Below the pieces are notes generated by a model, which worked only from the letters and a program-made list of their open reading frames with translations, was not told the DNA's origin and ran no database searches. Shown here piece by piece: positions 11,100 through 26,556 of a DNA stretch of 64,000 bases. The position numbers and the translations under genes are program-made. The stretch's first letter is position 1. The number at the start of each line of letters is the position of its first letter. Source of the stretch: Eledone cirrhosa (taxonomy: Eukaryota); contig OZ024740.1 of the NCBI GenBank assembly GCA_964016885.1, forward strand, positions 274,350,001 through 274,414,000, read 5' to 3'.

Positions 11100-12790
11100 T
11101 AACAGAACTATCTTTTAGATAGTATTTGTGTTGCGAATCCTGGTATGGCTTCTATGTTTAAGTTAATAGATTTTTTACCATGCCCAGTGCATCGGTTATA
11201 ATCGGTACTATTTTTATTTTCATGCCACACATCTTTTATATTTCAATTTCAAGTTCCTTGTACTTTGACATTTTTTTACATTTCTTTTCGGGCAATATTT
11301 TGGTTAGAAGACATTGTAATGCCTAATGTTTATCAATGTGCAAATGCTTTATTTTATTTTTATTTTTGTCAGTTAAAGAATTTGCATTGATTTCCTTATC
11401 TGTTTGGATGGGCACATCTTGAAAAATTGAGGTCAGGTTGTTGTCATGAATTGTTTGGTATATGTTTATACAATCTTGGCCATTTTTATGTAGAAATCTT
11501 TGCACATTTGCCCAGTGGATACAGCTGCCAGGTTATTATTTCAATATAGTTTGTCTCTGTTTTATACTTTATAGCCTGTATAATAATAGGAGTTTTTTGG
11601 TTTTGCTTTTTTCATGCTTCTTTATTACATTTATCAGTATTCCACTATTTGCTTCAAAGTAATTTTCCAGTCAAACTTGTTATTTTTAATAATTTTCTAT
11701 TTGTGTTAGACCATGTCCTCTTGTGGGTGTTGTAGGTATATTTTGTGGTGTATGTCTGCTTTGGGGTGGTGGCTTTAGTACATTGTCAGTATTTTCTTAG
11801 TTTCTTTTTGTCTAAATTTTTCAAATCACTTAGCTTCCAGTTTATTATATTAAATAACCTATATGGCCAAGTGTATTTACGCTTAGTATTTTATTTTTAG
11901 CATAGAATTCAGATTTAATATTAGTCAAACTTTTCTGTTGTATTCATTCCTATGTTGTATTTCCTTCTGTTGTATTTTGCCAGCTTTATCTATTCCTCAG
12001 CGTTTATATGGGTGATTGATATTTAATTCTATATTTTCAATATCTATGTCTAGTGTAATATTTTCAGTACTAATTATTTCACAATTTCTTAGAGTGGCTA
12101 TAGCACATTTGTCTAATCCCATACTCATCTTTATGTTTTTGCTGAAGCTATGGGCAATTCTTAATAAGGTTTCTAGGTTGGTGTTATACCTTGTAATGAT
12201 CTCTAATTAATCCAGATGATTTATATTTTGTCTATAGCATCTGTACTTTATCCTGATTTTATTCAAGGTTGTTAGTGAGATCAGTGCAAGGCAAAAGTAT
12301 AGAGTATAAAAAGTCCTCTTAAACAATTGTTCTTTCACTATTTTTCAGTGTCATGGTGATTTTTCATTTTGTTATGGCCAGACTTATATATTTGAGCAGT
12401 AATGGGGCTACATGTTTAATCAATTCCTCTCATGCTGAGGTTTGTTTTCCACTTTTTACAATTTTTTTATAATGAACTGATTTACCAACAGTTGCGCTTT
12501 ATAGCTATACATCCTTTTTGGCACATATCTTGTTCTTCTGGTACACATTGTTGCTTCCCAGATGTGTAGCTAGCTAGCTGCACATTATTAATATGAGAGA
12601 TTTTTATGTTGTTGGCATGCATGTTATAAGCCTAGAATTTCATGGGTATATGGTGTTTTATTTTGGAGGAAGAAAAGTGTGTTTCCCCTCAGCATCCAGT
12701 CAGGTGTTAATTCTGTAAGTTGTAATTATTTCATTTGGAATAAAGGGCACATATTTGAGAGAATGGTGCCCATTGTAGGACTAACCTATA
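11100..12790 (-). pseudogene. Heavily decayed non-LTR retrotransposon with RT and restriction-like endonuclease (R4/Dong-like)
   Basis: Minus-strand remnants DVPIQTDKEINAN (cf. DxPIxTDxxIxANRPD), SKYKELEIEI, VPIITDALG, and upstream NINHL and LYFCLALISL resembling RT motifs. Confidence 0.65.
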
Positions 12791-15499
12791 GCACTGAATG
12801 CCTAGTTGCTGCTTCTGTCAAACTTATATAACAGATTCTTCTTTGCACAATTTGTCCAATTAACCAATGAGGGAGCCTTTATCTGAACATTCCCAGTTGG
12901 TAAAAATAGCAACCAAATTTTTCTCTAAATCACAAACCTCCATCTTACTAAAAGGATGAAACATAGGATAATCTAATCCAAGATACCCCACTATGTCTCA
13001 AAATAAGATTAGAATGATCATGACAAGAATGCCTTTGATCATAGGTCTTCTTCATCAGAGCTGGCCTGAAGCTAAACAATTACAGCAACAACATGAACAT
13101 TGGTCAATGCACTTGATGTCTAGCTACATTCTTAACACATTTATACTTAACTTTCTTCATAATTTTGTTATTTGATGGAACAAACAGATTTCAACTATCC
13201 CCTGCAACAGATTGTCTGTATTCATTTCCCAGATCAAAGGCATTTCATCTCAATATTATTTATCAATTTCAATGTAGATCTAAAGTCATGATTTTTAAGA
13301 TAATAGGATGTAATTTGAAGGGGATTTGGTTACTAGTTTTAGCAGATCATGTGGCTATCAAGAGGCTCACCATATACATCATCACACTCCCTAATGTGCC
13401 AAAAAATTAGGAAGGAGATTTTATATGGTTGCTTAACCTGTTTATTCCTTTATAAACAACTAAATCTTGAACAAAAATATGAATCACTAAAGCAATAAGC
13501 TGTACCATACGAGCCAGCATGCTGTTGCTTAATTTTCTGAGAAATAACATATACATGTATTTCAAATGACAGATAACCATCTAAAAAAAAAGAGAGCAGT
13601 TCATTTTATTATATATTTCTAGATAAATTACATATAAAAATAAGGCAGAATGGGTCATATGTGGAATTTCTTTGATCATGTATACTTGTACAGGTTTGAT
13701 CTGTGACTAAACAACAACAGCAACAGCAACATCACCCATGTTTTACAGTTGTCTATAAAGTGGGTTTGTTGTACAAAAAGAAAAAAGAAAGCATTTATTT
13801 ATAAAAAAGATTACAGCTTCTAGACAGAACTTCTTCATACCTACTTTTGAAAAACAACAGCACTGCATACCCTTTGACTGGAATAGCCCCAGCACTAAGT
13901 AACACAACTTATCTGTCTTTCTGTGAGCAACTTAAACAGAATCGTAGTTTCATTTGTTACCCCACTATTCCAGTAATTCTTTTCTGCAATTCTTTAATAC
14001 ATAGATAAATAAGATTGTACTTAATTTAGATACAAAATTGCTAGTGTGTCTGTAGTATAAGTGGTAACATGCTTATCTAGTCTGCAAGATACATATATAT
14101 GTTGTTAAGCTTATTATGGCCATTTGGACAAGCTAATCCTGATCCAGGAAATTTATTATCAAAATCATTCCAGCTTACCATACTGCCTTTTTTGTTTTAA
14201 GATATTATATTGAGTACTATATTATTGAATGCAACATTTGTATTTTTTATAATAGTAGATTGTGATAATTTGAGGGAGATTTCCTACTATATCCAGTAGG
14301 TCATACAACAGGAGAGTCAATGTTGCTGTTTAGTCCAAAGTCAACAGTAATCAAGATGATCTCCAGTCAAAACTCTTCCAGATATAACCTTCACATCATT
14401 TATTCAGATACAAGTTATCTAGGAATATATCATTTATTGTATTCTTACTATTTTTAATATGGTACAGTGAAATTTGAAAACGATTCAGATGCTAGTCACG
14501 TTATTGAACCGCAGAGAGCTACTCATATTGGCTCACAGTTAGAGAGTTATTGATAAGGTCATTATTAACTGCTTTTGCTCTTTAATTGTTCTGTATAATA
14601 GAATATAATTTACATTCATTCATGGAATTAACAAAGAATTGGGAAGATTATTCAATAATCATGTGATTCTGTGTTTAATCACAGTGTCCTACACCTTATG
14701 CTATTAACTTCTACTCTACCATTGGGTTGACCAAAGCCTCATTAGTCAATATACAGATGTAGAGGATAGAGAGGGAAGAGAGAAGGGGGTAGATGTGAAA
14801 TTTTTTTTTAATAGAGATAGGTGCAGTAATATAAAGAAGATGATGAAGAAAATTCAAATTATAAAATAATAAATAATAAAATGGTAGAAATAATAAGTGG
14901 TAGAAAGGAACCAACTAGAAGAAGAAAAATATTTAAAATACAAAATATTTGAAAAAACATTACTATCAATAAACAATTTTTTGAAAATCAAAGGAACAAA
15001 GAGAGGGTCTTGAAATAATAAGGCATTTATTAATACAATAAAAACAGTTTGTTTTTTTCAATCATTATCAGCCATGTTTTCAAGCAAATATTCAGATAGT
15101 TGAATCACTGACGTTTCATCTTTATTTTAATATATATCGTCTCTTTAAAATGCATATTTCTCTTGATACAACTTACACCAGACCTACAAACCTTTTCAAA
15201 AATGTAAACGAGGGTGTCACTGTTTGTGGTCGCTCTTCAGGCTAGAAAGAGTTATAAACTGCCCTCAAATATAAAAAAAAAGAGAGTAGACTAATGTGTT
15301 TAAGGTTTGTTATTTATTGACGATATCATTAGAGCATAGGGGAAATAATCCTTGCCCTTTCGTCTCAATTATAGTCTTTTGCAATGCTACTTACTTTTTC
15401 TTTGATTTCTATTGATTTAGTTCGTTTTAATATTTCATATTCATTATATATATTACAATTTTGTGTTTATATGTACAAAAGGGAATAAATAGCATTTTC

Positions 15500-15720
15500 T
15501 TCCATAAAAAAATTAGTCACACATACATACAATCACATACACACACATATACATACCTACAAGCACACCAAGGCACAAACATACACATGCATATATACAT
15601 ACATACATATGTACATATATACATACACACATACATACATACATACATACATACATACATACATACATACATACATACATACATACATACATACATACAT
15701 ACATGCATGCATGCATGCAG
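15500..15720. repeat. (TACA)n / (CA)n microsatellite
   Basis: Direct inspection. Confidence 0.95.
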
Positions 15721-17059
15721 TTATAATTTGAGCAACAGAAAGGGGAAACTATAATTATTCCCCCAAGCCAAAGCAGATAATGTAATTCTGAAAAAAAGCT
15801 TTCATAGAAGAAACAGCATTTATATCTTAAACAAAGAAGACATGCTGATCATCAGCTTGAACAACCCTTGATCACACTATATAGGTCTTTCTTAATGACA
15901 ACTGACCTTGGGACAAACTCTATGAAATAAACAATTCCAATCCCACCCAACCCCACCATCACAATAACAACAAAGGTCTAATATTTGTACTATTATTTTT
16001 TAAGAGGATTTGGTGGGGCTGGATTATTTTTATGTTTGCTTTTTAATGATGCCACCCAACAGCAGAAACAACAATAGCAACACCAATATCAACAAAGAGA
16101 GCCTTAATATTTGACACTATAATTTAAAACAGTTTGAAGGGCAATAGAGGTAGCTGTGGTAGGTAGGTGTGGGTTCTGTGGTTATTCATTTTTAATTTTA
16201 TCTAATTTGTGTTGGTTTGTTTTTTTAAATTTCCTCTATCTGCCCACCCCTATGTGCACAAACACAACTAAGCACTAATACTACCTTCCTCCTCCCAACA
16301 TTTCCTCTTTAACTTACAGGGCTGGGTGATGGGAAGCATCAGATAAAACTAGCATACAAGTTGATTCTGTGTGTGACCTTTGAATGGGATTTCTGCTTTA
16401 TAGCATGAAACCCATACCTCACCCCTCCACCTCAGAGATAATTTGAGAATTGTCAGGTAGGAAAATTTCATGATGACTACTTTTATTACAAGATGGCAGA
16501 AAGAATACAAAAGAAGTTGGGGAGGGCAAACCGCTTCATTCCCAGGCACACAAAAACTATGTTGCCAATAGGAAATATAAATTAAAATAAAAACATTGAA
16601 AAGAAAAGAAAACAACAAAGATAAAGTCCTTCTGGTTAAGGAAGAACCCCCATCCCCTATATTGCTATTGTTGTTACAGTTGCAGTTGTTGTTGATATTC
16701 TTGTTGTGGCTATTATAGGATGATGGTAGTGGGAAGTAGTGATCAGCTTCATGTTTTATTAGTGGTGATGTTGTTGTTGATGTTTAACTCTGTACAAGCT
16801 CTTATCAAACAGACCCATGATCAAAGACATTCCAGGCATGATAATTCCATTTTTTTCCTCTTTTATTTTTTTCAGCTGTGATATCTCTATGTCTATTTTA
16901 TTCAATGTGTCACTGAAATGTTTTTCAAGATGGTAGGGTGATATTTGAGTGAGACTTGGCTACTGTTTCTTGAATGTTTAGTGACCACATAGAGGTTTAA
17001 TTGATACATACATTAGAGACGTTGTTGATGAAATATAAACTGATACAAATGGTATTCTG

Positions 17060-17570
17060 TAATGTGATGCTGACCATTGTGGTCAAGGCTATGGTGGAAG
17101 TGGTCATCATAATCAAAATTGTAGTGCTGTTCATGATTGTGGTGGTGATGGTGGATGTAGTGGTGGTCATAGGTGTGGTGGTATTTATTGTGGTACAGTA
17201 TGTTGTAGTTGTTGTTATGATGGTGCTGATTATAATGGTTTTAGTTATGAAGATTAGCATTATGATGTGGTTTGTTGTGGTAGTACCGGTTGTTATAGTG
17301 GTTGTGGTGATGAAGGTTTCATTGATGCTGGAGGCGCTTGTATCAGTAAACGTTGCAATGATGATGGCTATAGTCATTGTCCTGGTTGTTGTTATTATTG
17401 TAGTGGTGCTGTTATAATAGTAATAGTTTTGTTGCCACCGCTGGTGGAGTTTATAGTACTGTTGACAGTTGTGGTGGTGCTGAATGTTGTAATGGTGATG
17501 GAGATTGTTGTGGTGGAAGCGTATGTTCTTATTAAGGTACAGGTTGGGATGGTAGTTGTGATATATTGGT
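17060..17570. repeat. Decayed trinucleotide low-complexity tract (GTG/GTT/ATG)
   Basis: Period-3 G/T-rich sequence giving poly-Val and poly-Thr pseudo-ORFs on both strands. Confidence 0.8.
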
Positions 17571-19059
17571 ATCAATAGAACTACAATCAAAAGCATAACA
17601 GCAATCTTCTAGATACAGTGCATTTAAGATTGCTCAAATGACACTCTGTGGTCTCAGGGACATTTGCTATTCTTTGTGGCTTAAACTAGTAAAAACGTTC
17701 CCTCATTGGCTTGTGTTGTTGATGGTGTGGTGGCTATGTAGATGTTAGTTGTTTGTGCATGATATATTGGTACAAAGTTAAGTTTAGTTTGGTTAATATT
17801 GTTAAAAGCTTTGGGTTTGTTTCACCTCTGGTCAATCATGATTAAGCTCACCTACGATCAATGGTATTCTACTCATGGCCATATCATCTTTTTAGAAGTA
17901 TCTAGAACTACATTTACCACATATATATCCCAACATTGAAAATCAAAAATGATGAAAAATATCAGTCATCTGATACACATGAAACAGTGTGTGCAATAGC
18001 ATTATATTTTTCTAAATTGTTAACATTAGGATATTAAAAAAATATTTTAATGTGGAAAGTTTGAGTAATTTATTTATGTGGAGTCCAGTGTCCTTTTTGA
18101 AGTTTAAAATATTAATAACCACTATTATACATAGATACATACATGCACACACACACACACACACACACACATGCGCGCGCAACTGGTGTGTGCCAGTATA
18201 TCTGTGTGGTTAAGTTTCCTTTGGAACCATGCAGTTTTGGGTTTTGTCCCACTGTGTAGCACCATGGAAAGTGGTTTCACTATAGCACTAGGCAGACCAA
18301 TGTTTTATGAGGGCTTTTGTAAACTAAACTGCATGGAATCCCATTATGTATTGATGCAAGCATGTGAATTAGGCGTTAAATGATGATAATGATGATGATA
18401 AATGGTTGAAAGGAACTTGCAGTTGTGTCAAGGACATGATGACCTCCTAAACGTTAGTGATCTACATGATAAATGCACCCAATACACATTATAATGTGTT
18501 TAGTGATAGGAAGGGCATCCAAACAAAGAGTTTGTCACAATCAGAATTGTAACTTAAACAGTCCATTCTATACTAAAACTATCTTGATTTATGTACTTCT
18601 AAATACATGCTCTTTTGCCTTAAATAATAGCCACCCAAATGAAGAGTGTATATAATTATTATATCAATCAATAGAGGAAGTTTTTGCTGCCATTACTGCT
18701 CTTACAAACACTTGTCTTCATTAACTTACCAACTTATAACAGTGGTCACAAACATAAAAATCTACTAATACAGATCTTGGAAGGGATAGCACAAGCAAAC
18801 AGACGTATACCATAACAGTTGCACATATATATACACACTGACAAGACATGCAGAAAAATTTACAAGATACAAACACATAAACACGTGTTACAATGAATGT
18901 TACATTTAGAATATTAGAAACCCAAACAGTCTTTCATACACACACACATACTTACACACTTAAACCCAAATACTAATGATCCACTGAGTGTTATAAAACA
19001 AATCTTTCCTGGAAAAAGCCATAATTTCCCTACCTTTACTCATATTTAAGTGAGCTGCA

Positions 19060-19505
19060 GTATTCCTATAATTGGGCATATAATGGTTTCTAATTTAGAC
19101 ACAAAGTCAATAATTTGGGTGAAGAAGTATAGACAATTAAATAGATCCCAATACTTAATATGTACTTTTTTATTATTGATTTAAGCAAAAAATTAAGAGC
19201 AATGTCTATCTAGCAATATTTTAATGCAGGATGTAAGACTAAATGTTTACAAGCCATTTTGTTCAACATCCTAACACTTTTCTATCTGCAGACCTCTTTC
19301 AAGGGTAATTAATAATAATGATTTTTAAGCACAAGGTTAGAGGGTTTGGGGGAAGGCTATGTTCATTAACTCAACTACAGTATTTAAATGGTACTTTATT
19401 TCATCAACCACGGATGGATGAAAATCAAAGTAGATCTAAGTATGATTTGAATTCAGAATTCTACAAAACATTTTAGCTGCACTTTAACAATTTTTCCAAT
19501 CTACC
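19060..19505 (-). mobile_element. Two old tandem family 1 SINE remnants
   Basis: Degenerate acacaaag..aattt..tactttatttcatcaacc..ggatgaaa..caaagt..gatttgaattcaga motifs. Confidence 0.5.
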
Positions 19506-22500
19506 ATTCTTAATACTACTGATGTAAGGAAAAAATAAGGAAAGAGGTAAGCTGAACAGGTAGAATGAGAAGTTACAGGAGAAAGGGAAAATGGAAAAGA
19601 AAGAAGAAGAATGGAAAAGACAAACTAAGATAAAGATAAGACTCCAGAAAGGTAGAAATATATCTAGTTAGATAAAGATGGCAAATATTGGTCTTTATTC
19701 TAAATTAAGTTAACTCCTACCAAATGTTGTCAGAGAAAACATTTTATTTTCGATGTTTCTCAGAAAATTGGCTGAGTTTATTTTTCGTTTCTGTATTTAT
19801 CTCTATTTATTTATTATATTTTCTATAATTGTAAGATCTTGTAGTAAGGTGTTATTTAAATATAATTTTCTAGGATATTAACTCCATCTTTAAAGATGAA
19901 AATTGTTTTAATAGTTATGATGACAGTGGTGACAGTAGTAAGGGTTGCAGCTTAGTCCTAAAGCAGCCCTGTTTGTGCTGACCATTGGCAAAAAAAAAAA
20001 AAATAATAATAAAACAGCATTCCAGACATGACCATACTGTCTCTTTTCATATTGAGTGCATTATATTATTAAACGTGTCTTTTTAAAGAATATGGGATCT
20101 AGAGTGAAGGAGATTTGTTTGATTTTCTAACAAATTGAGTGTTTACAGAGAAGGTCATTTGGTGGTTTTTGATGTGATGATGCCTGATAATTTAAATGAA
20201 GTTTGGGAGGGAAAAGTGCAGAATTGGAGAGATGGGAGAATTAGTCGTGATAGCAGCACCAGTGATAATATTGTTAAATATTAGGAATACATATGAATGG
20301 CACCTACTACCATTTCATTGCCCACTTTGTGATAGGCCTGCTCAGGTTTTGTTTATTTGTTTATTGATGTAGCTGAGATATCCCACCAATTGACACATCA
20401 CATCTGATACATCTCAAAAACCTGTTTCTCACCATATGAAAACCAGTGATAGGATGTAGAATGTCCAATCAAAATGCAATGGGTTGAAATAGATATTACA
20501 AGGCCTCTTGTTGTATTGCTCTAGCCGACTCATCTTCTATTATAAATTAAAATAAATTTTGATCCAGCAATACAAAAAGATTTATGAATGAAAACAAAGA
20601 TATTTTACTCTATCCTATAAAATCAGTATTTTAATATATTTTGCAATTAGTTTCAAAAGCTGGATCAACTATAAGACTTGTGGATAATAAATGCACAAAT
20701 ATATACATAAAGGATGGTTAAATCTTATGTGCATCCACTACCAGGCTGCATGGAGCATGTTTATTTGGTAAGAGGTTCTCTTTACAGTCATGTAGGTCAA
20801 GGATCAATTTCACTTTGCACTACCTTATGCATTTGTCTTCTCCCATAGCTTTGTCCTGACATTATTAAATGAATGAAACTAGATGGAATTTGTGCAAATG
20901 CTTGTATCATAGAGTACCTTGATTCTTGAGTGGTAAACATAATTTAACATCATGGTTTAACATCACTATCTGGTCTCCAGGTTCCTTTCGGAGGAACCTA
21001 CTGAGTTGCAAGCATTCAGATCAGGTCTCCATTTCAAGTATTTTTCAATCCATTTCCCTCACTAAATTTAGAGGACTTGCAAAAGGTCATGAGTACTTCT
21101 ATTTTCCATCTAACTATATCACTTAAAAGTAAAACTAACATTTATTGATAGGAGACAGAATACAAATTTTCTCTAGTCAATATTTAAATATATTTTGTAC
21201 TACTAACTATTAGAGCTGTCAATACCTCTGAGAGAAAATTGTGCTGCAATGTAACTACAGATGTGAATATAATTCTATTACATTGATTTGTCTTTTTTTA
21301 TGTGTGTGTTACTGATTTAATTTTTCATCCCACCCATAACTCACCCATCACATGACGTGCTGAACTGAATTGGATCATGTATTCAATATTACAAAATAAG
21401 TTGCTTTAAATTAAAAATAAAAGATAAATTTTGCATATTGATAACATTGATTGAAAATTTGAACTTCCAAGTTTGAATGAATTAAGTTGAATACTGAAGA
21501 AAGCTATGAAACAAACAAACGTGACAAAAATGGTGGTATCTGGTTTTTGGAGATGTTGGATACTTTTGTGTGGGGACAATTATGGCTGAGATGCATAATT
21601 ATTTATTTAAATATGCATATTTATTTTAAAAGAATTCAAAGACTGGTTTGGGGAAGAGAAAGAATGATAGGTAGAATATGAGGCTGATTATTCCTAAATG
21701 CTTAAGTCAAATTGTTGTAGTCAGTATAATTAGTATTTAATATTGTTCATATAAATTTTAATTTATATATCTAATAGTGTATCCAAAGCAGCAAAGATTA
21801 CCACAATTTGAATTCAGAGATTCTATATTTCAACTCCAATTCCAGTTAATTTAAGTGAATTTTCCTTGATGTTTTAAAATGTTAATTTTTACCTGTATTT
21901 TATTCGACTCCAAACTATTTAACACATTTTTTTTATTCTTATACATTACTCTTTATATTATGTATGGCTTTACTTAGACACACTTAAACATTAGCTGGAT
22001 GGTAGACTTAATGTATACACTCATATATAAGCTGAGAAATACGAGACAAAATTATCGATGGTAAAATGGAGGTCAGATTATATTCTAGGTCAATATTTAG
22101 CCAATTATCACCAACTTCAAATTCTACGTATATAAGGTGTTAGAGTATCTAGAAAGATTATTTTTTAGGGAAACACTTTTACTTCATCATCATTGGTAAT
22201 ATTTATGCATTTCCTTTATTTCCAACAAATTAGAACATTTTAATACATAAATGTCCCATAGACCTACCTGCATGTACATATGCACATGCATATACACACA
22301 TGCACCTGTGCGCACACACACACATGCATAACTTTCTCTTACTTAATAATACTTTTTCAGTCGATCTTACGTAAGACTGAAATCTTACTTCTGACTTTTA
22401 TTTTATTGCACTTGCTCTCTCTCTCCCTTCTCACTGCCACTCACTCATTTTCTCTCACTTGCTTTCTGTCTCTCCCTCCCTCTTCAACTCTATGAATCCC

Positions 22501-23775
22501 TATACAAAGTTCTCTTATTCATTTTCTTGTTTTCAACTATTCCCAGCATGTGAGTGGCAGGAAGTAAACAAACATTTGAGAAACTTGTTGAAATATTAAC
22601 ATGGTAAAAGATATTACATAATTGAGTTGTGAAACAAGAACTATAGTCTAAATGACACTTACAGCATTTTAGATATCAAAATATTAAAACTTCATAAATA
22701 CATTTTATAGACATGAGAATGTCAAAACCACATCATTTAAACATTTGTGTTGATTAGCTGCCATGGCTTATGAATGGGGTTTGAATTTTTGCTCATTTCT
22801 CAGATACAAAGTAAGGGATTGGCTTATATTAAAGTATATATGGTAATTATTTATTTGGTTTAATATCATTGCCTGGCACTTAGGTGTCTTTAAGCATATA
22901 AACTTTGTTGCAAGCATTCACAGCTGGTCACCAGCTTGAGAAAACCTTCATCTTTCTTTCTCTGCAGCCTTCAAACCCCCTGAAAGAGAGCATCGGCTTT
23001 GCTCTTCCTCTAGATTAAGGGATACAAAGCCCCCAAAATAATATAAGATAACATTCATAATATAAATGAGAAATATAGGAACAACTTGAATGCATTCTTT
23101 ATTATAAATCTCATGTATTATGTTAGCTTACATCGAACTAGTAAAATAAAATATTATTGCTTTCTTCTCTCAGACTCATACTCATTGTTTTTCTGTTTTT
23201 CTTCCACTTCATTTTGTTCCTTTCCTTCTTTAATATTTTTTTTTGTTCTATTTAATGGCAAAACTTTTGGTTTGTCTGGTTTGCTTTTGGCTCCTAACAT
23301 CCTTTGAATTATTTCCCTAATTCAGCTGCTGATTAAGTACACCAGCAAGACATAGTCAACTATTTGACCATCACTGCCCCACAGGTTCTGACCTACAAGT
23401 AGACTATGGTTAACAGACTGCCGCCAGTCTTTGCACACATAATACATACAGTAGTAGTATGTTCTAGTCACTACACATCCACCACATTAAATATACAGCA
23501 CTAAAAATCCCAAGTCCTCCTTCATTTCCTCACACACTTTCTTTTTGTTTATCTCTTCATCTCTTCGTCCATTTATCGATATATTTACTTTCTTTCTGAC
23601 ACTTTCTTTCTCTTTTTTTTTTATTTTATTTCATTTATTTTTATTCATTTTTTTTTTTTTTTTTCTCGGGTGTAAGAGGAAAGATCCATAGTGAATAAAA
23701 GTAGAAAAATGAAACAAGTAAATAGGAGAACGATAGTATCAATAATAATGCCACTTATTTATTCTTCCATATATA

Positions 23776-23815
<40 letters not shown>

Positions 23816-24345
23816 TGTATTCGTTTTTTAAATAATATGTATAATATATCATACAGATATGGCACATAAAATTCTCACATATATAATATCTAAGGATTTT
23901 TTTGTAGTTTTTATACAAGTATAAATGAACAGTGAATGTGTGTATTGGCATAGAGAACAAGATAGATAGACGGATTATAGATAAAGTCAGATTGGTAGAC
24001 AGATACATTGGTCATCACAAAGACAGAGAGAGTGTGATACATACATAGATATATATATAGATATGTTTCTTTATTAGCCACAGGGGCACAAAAGAAGGGG
24101 ACAAATACAAAGGGGGAAGTTTACATACAATAAAAACGTGTAAAATATTATCACAAATGCAATTGAAAAATTAGTCGATTTTCCCCAATAGGGGGAGACA
24201 TTACATATGGATAACACATACCCCCGAAAAAAAATGTGCAACCCTCATCGCCAGGAGTATGAAGAGTTTGTACTCCTTAGATGAATAAATAGATAAATAA
24301 AGATATGACAAATTCACTAAAGATATATATATATATAAATACATA

Positions 24346-24405
<60 letters not shown>

Positions 24406-24484
24406 GGAGGTGAGTTTTATTTAAAACTTTGATTTAAAACTTCACTGCTCACAAGTGTTTTTTAAGCTTCATATCATGTCTCCC

Positions 24485-24555
24485 TATTTTATCTGATGAG
24501 AACGCAGATATCATCCCATGATGATATTTGTTTTTGAAATGCACATAATAAAATA
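24485..24555 (+). ncRNA. Type I hammerhead ribozyme (canonical core) in a short pLTR-like repeat between (TA)n tracts
   Basis: Stem I tattttat/ataaaata (8 bp); CTGATGA 24493-24499; long stem II gcagatatcatc/gatgatatttgt; GAAA 24536-24539; minimal stem III tgcaca; TA. Confidence 0.8.
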
Positions 24556-24617
24556 CTTGGAAGTCTTTTAACAATCTTTTGATCTTATATTATATATATA
24601 TATGTAAATATATATAT

Positions 24618-24654
<37 letters not shown>

Positions 24655-24866
24655 TGAAAGAGGAAGACAGAATGAGATAAATGTATTTGGGAAAAATGAT
24701 ATATAACACACTCAGCTACATTCACACCCGCACATTCGCTATATTTGTATATATATATATATATATATATACATAAAGTGATAGACAAATTTATAGATGG
24801 ATTGCAAGATACATACATAGAGATATATCTGTATGCATAAGTCTACAAGACACCCTGTGAAACACT

Positions 24867-24912
<46 letters not shown>

Positions 24913-24915
24913 TGC

Positions 24916-24975
<60 letters not shown>

Positions 24976-26154
24976 ATATATACTCTTTAATATACATATA
25001 CATGCATAATTATATATATATCCAATTGATTTCATTCTTCCTTTTCAGCACATTATTGATTTGATATTAGAAATAAAACATCAATGTCTTTGAAAACAAA
25101 ACAAAAAACAAACAAACAAACAAAAAATAAATAAAATATATAATAAAAATCCAAAGTGATAACCAATATGAATAAAAAATACATAAAATATTTAAAAAAT
25201 TTGCTGTGTGTATTTTGTGTTCATCTTCTTTATTTTATCTCTCATTTATTATTGTTTTTTTATTTTTTTCATAATCTTTGATTTATAAGGAATTGTTCTC
25301 TTTGTTTATCTTATGTTGAATGTATTATTATAGTCTGCACAGTTAATTTTTAGCCTAAAGGAGCCGCAAAGAAAGCAAGGTTTTGCTTTGTTCATATTTT
25401 GTTGTTATTGTTTTACTTTGTTTTGTTTTAGCTTTTATTTCTTATCCTGAATTTTCCTTTTTTTTTACTATTTTATTGTCTGATATTATTTATTAATGAT
25501 GTTGTTATTGATGATTATGCTGATGATGATGACAATGATTAGCATGGCGTCTGATCTCAGAAGGTGCCAGGGAAAACATTGTCCCATTATCGACATGTAG
25601 TCCATGATTAAATTGGATACAAAGCAAAACAAACATTAAAATCAAAGTGGATGAGCTGTTAAACTTGCTGGCCTACTGACCCACTAACTAATAATGTGTT
25701 ACATGGTTTCAAATTCTGCTAAAGGCATTGCATGAAGTGTGCTCTCTGTATGCTTTTCTTATTGATTGATTAGATGTTCAAAATTTATGAGGTTAGATGA
25801 TGATGAACTCATAGCCCAATGATCAATGCAAAGACTAATTTTTATCGCCTGATTGCCAGCCTAACATGGAAAATGAGAGAGACACTTTATAGCTGAGCTG
25901 TGAATGATACAAAAAACATCCTGTTGAAAATTTGGTTTTGCAAATAAAAAACATTTCAATCATATTAGCTTGGTTATATAACAAATGTAAACAGTAACAA
26001 CAGAAATTTATTTTCTGGGGCATTTTCCTGGTCCTAACATCTTTCTACAAAAGAATAGAGCCCATATTTTCATTTGCTTATTCTAGAAATAAAAGATTGT
26101 ACAAAATGTAATGATTTGTTTGTGATACAAAATTTTGCTCACATTATCTATGTT

Positions 26155-26556
26155 ATCTGAGTTCAAATCCCATCGAGGTTAACTTTGCCTTTCATCCTTA
26201 CGGGGTCGATAAATGCACTGGGTTATTTGCTGGCCTTGTGCCAAAAGTAGAAACAATTATCTATGTTATAAGGAGTCTGAGGATCATTGTTCACTACTTG
26301 TATTTCTATTCATCATCTAAAATTTAAAAATGAGACGTTTTTGATTTCTCAAGAGGAATGATTATATTAATAATTGTTTCTACTTTTTGGCACAAGGCCA
26401 GCAATTAACCCAGTGTATTACTGGTACTTTATTTTATCGACCCCGAAAGGATGAAAGGCAAAGTTAACCTCGGCGGGATTTGAACTCAGAATGGCAAGGA
26501 CCGTAACTCTATGCGTCAAAGCATGGCGTCCGACCCTCTACTGATACTGCCAATCC
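26155..26556. mobile_element. Two family 1 SINEs in inverted orientation (26155-26260 plus, partial; 26372-26556 minus, near full length)
   Basis: B box gagttcaaatccc and the shared body and tail sequence. Confidence 0.85.

Noticed and set aside
16997-17596. 199-aa Thr-rich (mucin-like) and Val-rich ORFs
   Set aside because: Decayed trinucleotide repeat that is open on both strands; no domain or splice support.
20968-20990. aggttcct-ttcgg-aggaacct hairpin as a terminator
   Set aside because: Short, no U tract, eukaryotic context; likely chance.
23320-23440. Minus-strand peptide VCKDWRQ...LW resembling an F-box end
   Set aside because: The upstream in-frame residues (YYYCMYY) do not fit an F-box, and no splice acceptor is evident.
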